Part shown: positions 39,700-54,600 of the stretch, in pieces
How the letters are laid out: each line of letters starts with the position of its first letter
Position numbering within the stretch: the first letter of the stretch is position 1
DNA from: Auanema rhodensis
Lineage: Eukaryota; Animalia; Nematoda
Reading direction: 5' to 3'
Length of the DNA: 64,000 nucleotides
NCBI GenBank assembly: GCA_964057225.1
Contig: OZ059895.1
Span: 22,444,001-22,508,000, forward strand
Made by a program: the position numbers and the translations under genes
The notes under the pieces: model-generated
The model's database searches: none
Seen by the model: only the letters and a program-made list of their open reading frames with translations
Told to the model about the DNA's origin: nothing

Positions 39700-42600
39700 A
39701 TTGGTGGATGGTAACCATGACTTTGAAATTTACGTGAACTTTAATTTATGCTAATTAAGTGTACACATGATGTGCGCTTGGTATGTAACTTGCTTCACGT
39801 GAAAGATAAAGGGATGCGGTTTTCAAAATTAGATTCCCCATGTCCATATTAGTCTAAAAACAAATTTTTGTTGATATTGGTGCATGGCAACCATGACTTT
39901 AAAATTTACGTGAACTTTAATTTATGCTAATTAAGTGTACACATGATGTACACTTGGTATGTAACTCGCTTCACGTCAAAGATAAAGAGATGCGGTTTTC
40001 AAAATTAGATTCCCCATTTCCATATTAGTCTAAAAACAATATTTTATTGATATTGGTGCATGGCAACCATGACTTTAAAATTTACGTGAACTTTAATTTA
40101 TGCTAATTAAGTGTACACATGATGTGCACTTGGTATGTAACTCGCTTCACGTCAAAGATAAAGAGATGCGGTTTTCAAAATTAGATTCCCCATGTCCATA
40201 TTAGTCTAAAAACAAATTTTTGTTGATATTGGTGGATGGTAACCATGACTTTGAAATTTACGTGAACTTTAATTTATGCTAATTAAGTGTACACATGATG
40301 TGCGCTTGGTATGTAACTTGCTTCACGTGAAAGATAAAGGGATGCGGTTTTCAAAATTAGATTCCCCATGTCCATATTAGTCTAAAAACAAATTTTTGTT
40401 GATATTGGTGCATGGCAACCATGACTTTAAAATTTACGTGAACTTTAATTTATGCTAATTAAGTGTACACATGATGTGCACTTGGTATGTAACTCGCTTC
40501 ACGTGAAAGATAAAGAGATGCAGTTTTCAAAATTAGATTCCCCATGTCCATATTAGTCTAAAAACAAATTTTTGTTGATATTGGTGAATGGTAACCATGA
40601 CTTTGAAATTTACGTGAACTTTAATTTATGCTAATTAAGTGTACACATGATGTGCACTTGGTATGTAACTCGCTTCACGTCAAAGATAAAGAGATGCGGT
40701 TTTCAAAATTAGATTCCCCATGTCCATATTAGTCTAAAAACAAATTTTTGTTGATATTGGTGGATGGTAACCATGACTTTGAAATTTACGTGAACTTTAA
40801 TTTATGCTAATTAAGTGTACACATGATGTGCGCTTGGTATGTAACTTGCTTCACGTGAAAGATAAAGGGATGCGGTTTTCAAAATTAGATTCCCCATGTC
40901 CATATTAGTCTAAAAACAAATTTTTGTTGATATTGGTGCATGGCAACCATGACTTTAAAATTTACGTGAACTTCAATTTATGCTAATTAAGTGTACACAT
41001 GATGTGCACTTGGTATGTAACTCGCTTCACGTGAAAGATAAAGAGATGCAGTTTTCAAAATTAGATTCCCCATGTCCATATTAGTCTAAAAACAAATTTT
41101 TGTTGATATTGGTGAATGGTAACCATGACTTTGAAATTTACGTGAACTTTAATTTATGCTAATTAAGTGTACACGTGATGTGCACTCGGTATGTAACTCG
41201 CTTCACGTGAAATATGAAGAGATGCGGTTTTCAAAATTAGATTCCCCATGTCCATATTAGTCTAAAAACAAATTTTTATTGATATTGGTGCATGGCAATC
41301 ATGACTTTAAAATTTACGTGAACTTTAATTTATGCTAATTAAGTGTACACATGATGTGCACTTGGTATGTAACTCGCTTCACGTCAAAGATAAAGAGATG
41401 CGGTTTTCAAAATTAGATTCCCCATGTCCATATTAGTCTAAAAACAAATTTTTATTAATATTGGTGCTTGGTAACCATGACTTTGAAATTTACGTGAACT
41501 TTAATTTATGCTAATTAAGTGAACACATGATGTGCACTTGGTATGTAACTCGCTTCACGTGAAAGATAGAGAGATGCGGTTTTCAAAATAGATTCCCCAT
41601 GTCCATATTAGTCTAAAAACGAATTTTTATTGATATTGATTCATGGTAACCATGACTTTGAAAATTACGTGAACTTTAATTTATGCTTATTAAGTGTACA
41701 CGTGATGTGCACTTGGTATGTAACTCGCTTCACGTCAAAGATAAAGGGATGCGGTTTTTAAAATTAGATTCCCCATGTCCATATTAGTCTAAAAACAAAT
41801 TTTTATGAATATTGGTGCATGGTAACCATGACTTTGAAATTTACGTGAACTTTAATTTATGCTAATTAAGTGTACACATGATGTGCACTTGGTATGTAAC
41901 TCGCTTCACGTCAAAGATAAAGAGATGCGTTTTTCAAAATTAGATTCCCCATCGCTATATTAGTCTAAAAATAAATTTTTGTTGATATTGGTGGATGGTA
42001 ACCATGACTTTGAAATTTACGTGAACTTTAATTTATGCTAATTAAGTGTACACATGATGTGCGCTTGGTATGTAACTTGCTTCACGTGAAAGATAAAGGG
42101 ATGCGGTTTTCAAAATTAGATTCCCCATGTCCATATTAGTCTAAAAACAAATTTTTGTTGATATTGGTGCATAGCAACCATGACTTTAAAATTTACGTGA
42201 ACTTTAATTTATGCTAATTAAGTGTACACATGATGTGCACTTGGTATGTAACTCGCTTCACGTGAAAGATAAAGAGATGCGGTTTTCAAAATTAGATTCC
42301 CCATTTCCATATTAGTCTAAAAACAATATTTTATTGATATTGGTGCATGGCAACCATGACTTTAAAATTTACGTGAACTTTAATTTATGCTAATTAAGTG
42401 TACACATGATGTGCACTTGGTATGTAACTCGCTTCACGTCAAAGATAAAGAGATGCGGTTTTCAAAATTAGATTCCCCATGTCCATATTAGTCTAAAAAC
42501 AAATTTTTGTTGATATTGGTGGATGGTAACCATGACTTTGAAATTTACGTGAACTTTAATTTATGCTAATTAAGTGTACACATGATGTGCGCTTGGTATG

Positions 42601-45600
42601 TAACTTGCTTCACGTGAAAGATAAAGGGATGCGGTTTTCAAAATTAGATTCCCCATGTCCATATTAGTCTAAAAACAAATTTTTGTTGATATTGGTGCAT
42701 GGCAACCATGACTTTAAAATTTACGTGAACTTTAATTTATGCTAATTAAGTGTACACATGATGTGCACTTGGTATGTAACTCGCTTCACGTGAAAGATAA
42801 AGAGATGCAGTTTTCAAAATTAGATTCCCCATGTCCATATTAGTCTAAAAACAAATTTTTGTTGATATTGGTGAATGGTAACCATGACTTTGAAATTTAC
42901 GTGAACTTTAATTTATGCTAATTAAGTGTACACATGATGTGCACTTGGTATGTAACTCGCTTCACGTCAAAGATAAAGAGATGCGGTTTTCAAAATTAGA
43001 TTCCCCATGTCCATATTAGTCTAAAAACAAATTTTTGTTGATATTGGTGGATGGTAACCATGACTTTGAAATTTACGTGAACTTTAATTTATGCTAATTA
43101 AGTGTACACATGATGTGCGCTTGGTATGTAACTTGCTTCACGTGAAAGATAAAGGGATGCGGTTTTCAAAATTAGATTCCCCATGTCCATATTAGTCTAA
43201 AAACAAATTTTTGTTGATATTGGTGCATGGCAACCATGACTTTAAAATTTACGTGAACTTTAATTTATGCTAATTAAGTGTACACATGATGTGCACTTGG
43301 TATGTAACTCGCTTCACGTGAAAGATAAAGAGATGCAGTTTTCAAAATTAGATTCCCCATGTCCATATTAGTCTAAAAACAAATTTTTATTGATATTGGT
43401 GCATGGCAACCATGACTTTAAAATTTACGTGAACTTTAATTTATGCTAATTAAGTGTACACATGATGTGCGCTTGGTATGTAACTTGCTTCACGTGAAAG
43501 ATAAAGGGATGCGGTTTTCAAAATTAGATTCCCCATTTCCATATTAGTCTAAAAACAATATTTTATTGATATTGGTGCATGGCAACCATGACTTTAAAAT
43601 TTACGTGAACTTTAATTTATGCTAATTAAGTGTACACATGATGTGCACTTGGTATGTAACTCGCTTCACGTCAAAGATAAAGAGATGCGGTTTTCAAAAT
43701 TAGATTCCCCATGTCCATATTAGTCTAAAAACAAATTTTTGTTGATATTGGTGGATGGTAACCATGACTTTGAAATTTACGTGAACTTTAATTTATGCTA
43801 ATTAAGTGTACACATGATGTGCGCTTGGTATGTAACTTGCTTCACGTGAAAGATAAAGGGATGCGGTTTTCAAAATTAGATTCCCCATGTCCATATTAGT
43901 CTAAAAACAAATTTTTGTTGATATTGGTGCATGGCAACCATGACTTTAAAATTTACGTGAACTTTAATTTATGCTAATTAAGTGTACACATGATGTGCAC
44001 TTGGTATGTAACTCGCTTCACGTGAAAGATAAAGAGATGCGGTTTTCAAAATTAGATTCCCCATTTCCATATTAGTCTAAAAACAATATTTTATTGATAT
44101 TGGTGCATGGCAACCATGACTTTAAAATTTACGTGAACTTTAATTTATGCTAATTAAGTGTACACATGATGTGCACTTGGTATGTAACTCGCTTCACGTC
44201 AAAGATAAAGAGATGCGGTTTTCAAAATTAGATTCCCCATGTCCATATTAGTCTAAAAACAAATTTTTGTTGATATTGGTGGATGGTAACCATGACTTTG
44301 AAATTTACGTGAACTTTAATTTATGCTAATTAAGTGTACACATGATGTGCGCTTGGTATGTAACTTGCTTCACGTGAAAGATAAAGGGATGCGGTTTTCA
44401 AAATTAGATTCCCCATGTCCATATTAGTCTAAAAACAAATTTTTGTTGATATTGGTGCATGGCAACCATGACTTTAAAATTTACGTGAACTTTAATTTAT
44501 GCTAATTAAGTGTACACATGATGTGCACTTGGTATGTAACTCGCTTCACGTGAAAGATAAAGAGATGCAGTTTTCAAAATTAGATTCCCCTTGTCCATAT
44601 TAGTCTAAAAACAAATTTTTGTTGATATTGGTGCATGGCAACCATGACTTTAAAATTTACGTGAACTTTAATTTATGCTAATTAAGTGTACACATGATGT
44701 GCACTTGGTATGTAACTCGCTTCACGTGAAAGATAAAGAGATGCGGTTTTCAAAATTAGATTCCCCATTTTCATATTAGTCTAAAAACAATATTTTATTG
44801 ATATTGGTGCATGGCAACCATGACTTTAAAATTTACGTGAACTTTAATTTATGCTAATTAAGTGTACACATGATGTGCACTTGGTATGTAACTCGCTTCA
44901 CGTCAAAGATAAAGAGATGCGGTTTTCAAAATTAGATTCCCCATGTCCATATTAGTCTAAAAACAAATTTTTATTGATATTGGTGCATGGCAACCATGAC
45001 TTTGAAATTTACGTGAACTTTAATTTATGCTAATTAAGTGTACACATGATGTGCACTTGGTATGTAACTCGCTTCACGTCAAAGATAAAGAGATGCGGTT
45101 TTCAAAATTAGATTCCCCATGTCCATATTAGTCTAAAAACAAATTTTTGTTGATATTGGTGGATGGTAACCATGACTTTGAAATTTACGTGAACTTTAAT
45201 TTATGCTAATTAAGTGTACACATGATGTGCGCTTGGTATGTAACTTGCTTCACGTGAAAGATAAAGGGATGGGGTTTTCAAAATTAGATTCCCCATGTCC
45301 ATATTAGTCTAAAAACAAATTTTTGTTGATATTGGTGCATGGCAACCATGACTTTGAAATTTACGTGAACTTTAATTTATGCTAATTAAGTGTACACATG
45401 ATGTGCACTTGGTATGTAACTCGCTTCACGTCAAAGATAAAGAGATGCGGTTTTCAAAATTAGATTCCCCATGTCCATATTAGTCTAAAAACGAATTTTT
45501 ATTGATATTGATGCATGGTAACCATGACTTTGAAATTTACGTGAACTTTAATTTATGCTTATTAAGTGTACACGTGATGTGCACTTGGTATGTAACTCGC

Positions 45601-48600
45601 TTCACGTGAAAGATAAAGGGATGCGGTTTTCAAAATTAGATTCCCCATGTCCATATTAGTCTAAAAACAAATTTTTGTTGATATTGGTGGATGGTAACCA
45701 TGACTTTGTAATTTACGTGAACTTTAATTTATGCTAATTAAGTGTACACGTGATGTGCACTTGGTATGTAACTCGCTTCACGTGAAAGATAAAGAGATGC
45801 GGTTTTCAAAATTAGATTCCTCATGTCCATATTAGTCTAAAAACGAATTTTTATTGATATTGATGCATGGTAACCATGACTTTGAAATTTACGTGAACTT
45901 TAATTTATGCTTATTAAGTGTACACATGATGTGCGCTTGGTATGTAACTCGCTTCACGTGAAAGATAAAGAGATGCGGTTTTCAAAATTAGATTCCCCAT
46001 GTCCATATTAGTCTAAAAACAAATTTTTGTTGATATTGGTGGATGGTAACCATGACTTTGAAATTTACGTGAACTTTAATTTATGCTAATTAAGTGTACA
46101 CGTGATGTGCACTCGGTATGTAACTCGCTTCACGTGAAATATGAAGAGATGCGGTTTTCAAAATTAGATTCCCCATGTCCATATTAGTCTAAAAACAAAT
46201 TTTTATTGATATTGGTGCATGGCAATCATGACTTTAAAATTTACGTGAACTTTAATTTATGCTAATTAAGTGTACACATGATGTGCACTTGGTATGTAAC
46301 TCGCTTCACGTCAAAGATAAAGAGATGCGGTTTTCAAAATTAGATTCCCCATGTCCATATTAGTCTAAAAACAAATTTTTATTAATATTGGTGCTTGGTA
46401 ACCATGACTTTGAAATTTACGTGAACTTTAATTTATGCTAATTAAGTGAACACATGATGTGCACTTGGTATGTAACTCGCTTCACGTGAAAGATAGAGAG
46501 ATGCGGTTTTCAAAATAGATTCCCCATGTCCATATTAGTCTAAAAACGAATTTTTATTGATATTGATTCATGGTAACCATGACTTTGAAAATTACGTGAA
46601 CTTTAATTTATGCTTATTAAGTGTACACGTGATGTGCACTTGGTATGTAACTCGCTTCACGTCAAAGATAAAGGGATGCGGTTTTCAAAATTAGATTCCC
46701 CATGTCCATATTAGTCTAAAAACAAATTTTTATGAATATTGGTGCATGGTAACCATGACTTTGAAATTTACGTGAACTTTAATTTATGCTAATTAAGTGT
46801 ACACATGATGTGCACTTGGTATGTAACTCGCTTCACGTCAAAGATAAAGAGATGCGGTTTTCAAAATTAGATTCCCCATCGCTATATTAGTCTAAAAACA
46901 AATTTTTGTTGATATTGGTGGATGGTAACCATGACTTTGAAATTTACGTGAACTTTAATTTATGCTAATTAAGTGTACACATGATGTGCGCTTGGTATGT
47001 AACTTGCTTCACGTGAAAGATAAAGGGATGCGGTTTTCAAAATTAGATTCCCCATGTCCATATTAGTCTAAAAACAAATTTTTGTTGATATTGGTGCATG
47101 GCAACCATGACTTTAAAATTTACGTGAACTTTAATTTATGCTAATTAAGTGTACACATGATGTGCACTTGGTATGTAACTCGCTTCACGTGAAAGATAAA
47201 GAGATGCGGTTTTCAAAATTAGATTCCCCATTTCCATATTAGTCTAAAAACAATATTTTATTGATATTGGTGCATGGCAACCATGACTTTAAAATTTACG
47301 TGAACTTTAATTTATGCTAATTAAGTGTACACATGATGTGCACTTGGTATGTCACTCGCTTCACGTCAAAGATAAAGAGATGCGGTTTTCAAAATTAGAT
47401 TCCCCATGTCCATATTAGTCTAAAAACAAATTTTTGTTGATATTGGTGGATGGTAACCATGACTTTGAAATTTACGTGAACTTTAATTTATGCTAATTAA
47501 GTGTACACATGATGTGCGCTTGGTATGTAACTTGCTTCACGTGAAAGATAAAGGGATGCGGTTTTCAAAATTAGATTCCCCATGTCCATATTAGTCTAAA
47601 AACAAATTTTTGTTGATATTGGTGCATGGCAACCATGACTTTAAAATTTACGTGAACTTTAATTTATGCTAATTAAGTGTACACATGATGTGCACTTGGT
47701 ATGTAACTCGCTTCACGTGAAAGATAAAGAGATGCGGTTTTCAAAATTAGATTCCCCATCGCTATATTAGTCTAAAAACAAATTTTTGTTGATATTGGTG
47801 GATGGTAACCATGACTTTGAAATTTACGTGAACTTTAATTTATGCTAATTAAGTGTACACATGATGTGCGCTTGGTATGTAACTTGCTTCACGTGAAAGA
47901 TAAAGGGATGCGGTTTTCAAAATTAGATTCCCCATGTCCATATTAGTCTAAAAACAAATTTTTGTTGATATTGGTGCATGGCAACCATGACTTTAAAATT
48001 TACGTGAACTTTAATTTATGCTAATTAAGTGTACACATGATGTGCACTTGGTATGTAACTCGCTTCACGTGAAAGATAAAGAGATGCGGTTTTCAAAATT
48101 AGATTCCCCATTTCCATATTAGTCTAAAAACAATATTTTATTGATATTGGTGCATGGCAACCATGACTTTAAAATTTACGTGAACTTTAATTTATGCTAA
48201 TTAAGTGTACACATGATGTGCACTTGGTATGTAACTCGCTTCACGTCAAAGATAAAGAGATGCGGTTTTCAAAATTAGATTCCCCATGTCCATATTAGTC
48301 TAAAAACAAATTTTTGTTGATATTGGTGGATGGTAACCATGACTTTGAAATTTACGTGAACTTTAATTTATGCTAATTAAGTGTACACATGATGTGCGCT
48401 TGGTATGTAACTTGCTTCACGTGAAAGATAAAGGGATGCGGTTTTCAAAATTAGATTCCCCATGTCCATATTAGTCTAAAAACAAATTTTTGTTGATATT
48501 GGTGCATGGCAACCATGACTTTAAAATTTACGTGAACTTTAATTTATGCTAATTAAGTGTATACATGATGTGCACTTGGTATGTAACTCGCTTCACGTGA

Positions 48601-51600
48601 AAGATAAAGAGATGCAGTTTTCAAAATTAGATTCCCCATGTCCATATTAGTCTAAAAACAAATTTTTGTTGATATTGGTGAATGGTAACCATGACTTTGA
48701 AATTTACGTGAACTTTAATTTATGCTAATTAAGTGTACACATGATGTGCACTTGGTATGTAACTCGCTTCACGTCAAAGATAAAGAGATGCGGTTTTCAA
48801 AATTAGATTCCCCATGTCCATATTAGTCTAAAAACAAATTTTTGTTGATATTGGTGGATGGTAACCATGACTTTGAAATTTACGTGAACTTTAATTTATG
48901 CTAATTAAGTGTACACATGATGTGCGCTTGGTATGTAACTTGCTTCACGTGAAAGATAAAGGGATGCGGTTTTCAAAATTAGATTCCCCATGTCCATATT
49001 AGTCTAAAAACAAATTTTTGTTGATATTGGTGCATGGCAACCATGACTTTAAAATTTACGTGAACTTCAATTTATGCTAATTAAGTGTACACATGATGTG
49101 CACTTGGTATGTAACTCGCTTCACGTGAAAGATAAAGAGATGCAGTTTTCAAAATTAGATTCCCCATGTCCATATTAGTCTAAAAACAAATTTTTGTTGA
49201 TATTGGTGAATGGTAACCATGACTTTGAAATTTACGTGAACTTTAATTTATGCTAATTAAGTGTACACGTGATGTGCACTCGGTATGTAACTCGCTTCAC
49301 GTGAAATATGAAGAGATGCGGTTTTCAAAATTAGATTCCCCATGTCCATATTAGTCTAAAAACAAATTTTTATTGATATTGGTGCATGGCAATCATGACT
49401 TTAAAATTTACGTGAACTTTAATTTATGCTAATTAAGTGTACACATGATGTGCACTTGGTATGTAACTCGCTTCACGTCAAAGATAAAGAGATGCGGTTT
49501 TCAAAATTAGATTCCCCATGTCCATATTAGTCTAAAAACAAATTTTTGTTGATATTGGTGCATGGCAACCATGACTTTAAAATTTACGTGAACTTTAATT
49601 TATGCTAATTAAGTGTACACATGATGTGCACTTGGTATGTAACTCGCTTCACGTGAAAGATAAAGAGATGCGGTTTTCAAAATTAGATTCCCCATTTCCA
49701 TATTAGTCTAAAAACAATATTTTATTGATATTGGTGCATGGCAACCATGACTTTAAAATTTACGTGAACTTTAATTTATGCTAATTAAGTGTACACATGA
49801 TGTGCACTTGGTATGTAACTCGCTTCACGTCAAAGATAAAGAGATGCGGTTTTCAAAATTAGATTCCCCATGTCCATATTAGTCTAAAAACAAATTTTTG
49901 TTGATATTGGTGGATGGTAACCATGACTTTGAAATTTACGTGAACTTTAATTTATGCTAATTAAGTGTACACATGATGTGCGCTTGGTATGTAACTTGCT
50001 TCACGTGAAAGATAAAGGGATGCGGTTTTCAAAATTAGATTCCCCATGTCCATATTAGTCTAAAAACAAATTTTTGTTGATATTGGTGCATGGCAACCAT
50101 GACTTTAAAATTTACGTGAACTTTAATTTATGCTAATTAAGTGTACACATGATGTGCACTTGGTATGTAACTCGCTTCACGTGAAAGATAAAGAGATGCG
50201 GTTTTCAAAATTAGATTCCCCATTTCCATATTAGTCTAAAAACAATATTTTATTGATATTGGTGCATGGCAACCATGACTTTAAAATTTACGTGAACTTT
50301 AATTTATGCTAATTAAGTGTACACATGATGTGCACTTGGTATGTAACTCGCTTCACGTCAAAGATAAAGAGATGCGGTTTTCAAAATTAGATTCCCCATG
50401 TCCATATTAGTCTAAAAACAAATTTTTGTTGATATTGGTGGATGGTAACCATGACTTTGAAATTTACGTGAACTTTAATTTATGCTAATTAAGTGTACAC
50501 ATGATGTGCGCTTGGTATGTAACTTGCTTCACGTGAAAGATAAAGGGATGCGGTTTTCAAAATTAGATTCCCCATGTCCATATTAGTCTAAAAACAAATT
50601 TTTGTTGATATTGGTGCATGGCAACCATGACTTTAAAATTTACGTGAACTTTAATTTATGCTAATTAAGTGTACACATGATGTGCACTTGGTATGTAACT
50701 CGCTTCACGTGAAAGATAAAGAGATGCGGTTTTCAAAATTAGATTCCCCATCGCTATATTAGTCTAAAAACAAATTTTTGTTGATATTGGTGGATGGTAA
50801 CCATGACTTTGAAATTTACGTGAACTTTAATTTATGCTAATTAAGTGTACACATGATGTGCGCTTGGTATGTAACTTGCTTCACGTGAAAGATAAAGGGA
50901 TGCGGTTTTCAAAATTAGATTCCCCATGTCCATATTAGTCTAAAAACAAATTTTTGTTGATATTGGTGCATGGCAACCATGACTTTAAAATTTACGTGAA
51001 CTTTAATTTATGCTAATTAAGTGTACACATGATGTGCACTTGGTATGTAACTCGCTTCACGTGAAAGATAAAGAGATGCGGTTTTCAAAATTAGATTCCC
51101 CATTTCCATATTAGTCTAAAAACAATATTTTATTGATATTGGTGCATGGCAACCATGACTTTAAAATTTACGTGAACTTTAATTTATGCTAATTAAGTGT
51201 ACACATGATGTGCACTTGGTATGTAACTCGCTTCACGTCAAAGATAAAGAGATGCGGTTTTCAAAATTAGATTCCCCATGTCCATATTAGTCTAAAAACA
51301 AATTTTTGTTGATATTGGTGGATGGTAACCATGACTTTGAAATTTACGTGAACTTTAATTTATGCTAATTAAGTGTACACATGATGTGCGCTTGGTATGT
51401 AACTTGCTTCACGTGAAAGATAAAGGGATGCGGTTTTCAAAATTAGATTCCCCATGTCCATATTAGTCTAAAAACAAATTTTTGTTGATATTGGTGCATG
51501 GCAACCATGACTTTAAAATTTACGTGAACTTTAATTTATGCTAATTAAGTGTATACATGATGTGCACTTGGTATGTAACTCGCTTCACGTGAAAGATAAA

Positions 51601-54600
51601 GAGATGCAGTTTTCAAAATTAGATTCCCCATGTCCATATTAGTCTAAAAACAAATTTTTGTTGATATTGGTGAATGGTAACCATGACTTTGAAATTTACG
51701 TGAACTTTAATTTATGCTAATTAAGTGTACACATGATGTGCACTTGGTATGTAACTCGCTTCACGTCAAAGATAAAGAGATGCGGTTTTCAAAATTAGAT
51801 TCCCCATGTCCATATTAGTCTAAAAACAAATTTTTGTTGATATTGGTGGATGGTAACCATGACTTTGAAATTTACGTGAACTTTAATTTATGCTAATTAA
51901 GTGTACACATGATGTGCGCTTGGTATGTAACTTGCTTCACGTGAAAGATAAAGGGATGCGGTTTTCAAAATTAGATTCCCCATGTCCATATTAGTCTAAA
52001 AACAAATTTTTGTTGATATTGGTGCATGGCAACCATGACTTTAAAATTTACGTGAACTTCAATTTATGCTAATTAAGTGTACACATGATGTGCACTTGGT
52101 ATGTAACTCGCTTCACGTGAAAGATAAAGAGATGCAGTTTTCAAAATTAGATTCCCCATGTCCATATTAGTCTAAAAACAAATTTTTGTTGATATTGGTG
52201 AATGGTAACCATGACTTTGAAATTTACGTGAACTTTAATTTATGCTAATTAAGTGTACACGTGATGTGCACTCGGTATGTAACTCGCTTCACGTGAAATA
52301 TGAAGAGATGCGGTTTTCAAAATTAGATTCCCCATGTCCATATTAGTCTAAAAACAAATTTTTATTGATATTGGTGCATGGCAATCATGACTTTAAAATT
52401 TACGTGAACTTTAATTTATGCTAATTAAGTGTACACATGATGTGCACTTGGTATGTAACTCGCTTCACGTCAAAGATAAAGAGATGCGGTTTTCAAAATT
52501 AGATTCCCCATGTCCATATTAGTCTAAAAACAAATTTTTATTAATATTGGTGCTTGGTAACCATGACTTTGAAATTTACGTGAACTTTAATTTATGCTAA
52601 TTAAGTGAACACATGATGTGCACTTGGTATGTAACTCGCTTCACGTGAAAGATAGAGAGATGCGGTTTTCAAAATAGATTCCCCATGTCCATATTAGTCT
52701 AAAAACGAATTTTTATTGATATTGATTCATGGTAACCATGACTTTGAAAATTACGTGAACTTTAATTTATGCTTATTAAGTGTACACGTGATGTGCACTT
52801 GGTATGTAACTCGCTTCACGTCAAAGATAAAGGGATGCGGTTTTCAAAATTAGATTCCCCATGTCCATATTAGTCTAAAAACAAATTTTTATGAATATTG
52901 GTGCATGGTAACCATGACTTTGAAATTTACGTGAACTTTAATTTATGCTAATTAAGTGTACACATGATGTGCACTTGGTATGTAACTCGCTTCACGTCAA
53001 AGATAAAGAGATGCGGTTTTCAAAATTAGATTCCCCATCGCTATATTAGTCTAAAAACAAATTTTTGTTGATATTGGTGGATGGTAACCATGACTTTGAA
53101 ATTTACGTGAACTTTAATTTATGCTAATTAAGTGTACACATGATGTGCGCTTGGTATGTAACTTGCTTCACGTGAAAGATAAAGGGATGCGGTTTTCAAA
53201 ATTAGATTCCCCATGTCCATATTAGTCTAAAAACAAATTTTTGTTGATATTGGTGCATAGCAACCATGACTTTAAAATTTACGTGAACTTTAATTTATGT
53301 TAATTAAGTGTACACATGATGTGCACTTGGTATGTAACTCGCTTCACGTGAAAGATAAAGAGATGCGGTTTTCAAAATTAGATTCCCCATTTCCATATTA
53401 GTCTAAAAACAATATTTTATTGATATTGGTGCATGGCAACCATGACTTTGAAATTTACGTGAACTTTAATTTATGCTAATTAAGTGAACACATGATGTGC
53501 ACTTGGTATGTAACTCGCTTCACGTGAAAGATAGAGAGATGCGGTTTTCAAAATAGATTCCCCATGTCCATATTAGTCTAAAAACGAATTTTTATTGATA
53601 TTGATTCATGGTAACCATGACTTTGAAAATTACGTGAACTTTAATTTATGCTTATTAAGTGTACACGTGATGTGCACTTGGTATGTAACTCGCTTCACGT
53701 CAAAGATAAAGGGATGCGGTTTTCAAAATTAGATTCCCCATGTCCATATTAGTCTAAAAACAAATTTTTGTTGATATTGGTGCATGGCAACCATGACTTT
53801 AAAATTTACGTGAACTTTAATTTATGCTAATTAAGTGTACACATGATGTGCACTTGGTATGTAACTCGCTTCACGTGAAAGATAAAGAGATGCGGTTTTC
53901 AAAATTAGATTCCCCATCGCTATATTAGTCTAAAAACAAATTTTTATGAATATTGGTGCATGGTAACCATGACTTTGAAATTTACGTGAACTTTAATTTA
54001 TGCTAATTAAGTGTACACATGATGTGCACTTGGTATGTAACTCGCTTCACGTCAAAGATAAAGAGATGCGGTTTTCAAAATTAGATTCCCCATCGCTATA
54101 TTAGTCTAAAAACAAATTTTTGTTGATATTGGTGGATGGTAACCATGACTTTGAAATTTACGTGAACTTTAATTTATGCTAATTAAGTGTACACATGATG
54201 TGCGCTTGGTATGTAACTTGCTTCACGTGAAAGATAAAGGGATGCGGTTTTCAAAATTAGATTCCCCATGTCCATATTAGTCTAAAAACAAATTTTTGTT
54301 GATATTGGTGCATGGCAACCATGACTTTAAAATTTACGTGAACTTTAATTTATGCTAATTAAGTGTACACATGATGTGCACTTGGTATGTAACTCGCTTC
54401 ACGTGAAAGATAAAGAGATGCGGTTTTCAAAATTAGATTCCCCATTTCCATATTAGTCTAAAAACAATATTTTATTGATATTGGTGCATGGCAACCATGA
54501 CTTTAAAATTTACGTGAACTTTAATTTATGCTAATTAAGTGTACACATGATGTGCACTTGGTATGTAACTCGCTTCACGTCAAAGATAAAGAGATGCGGT

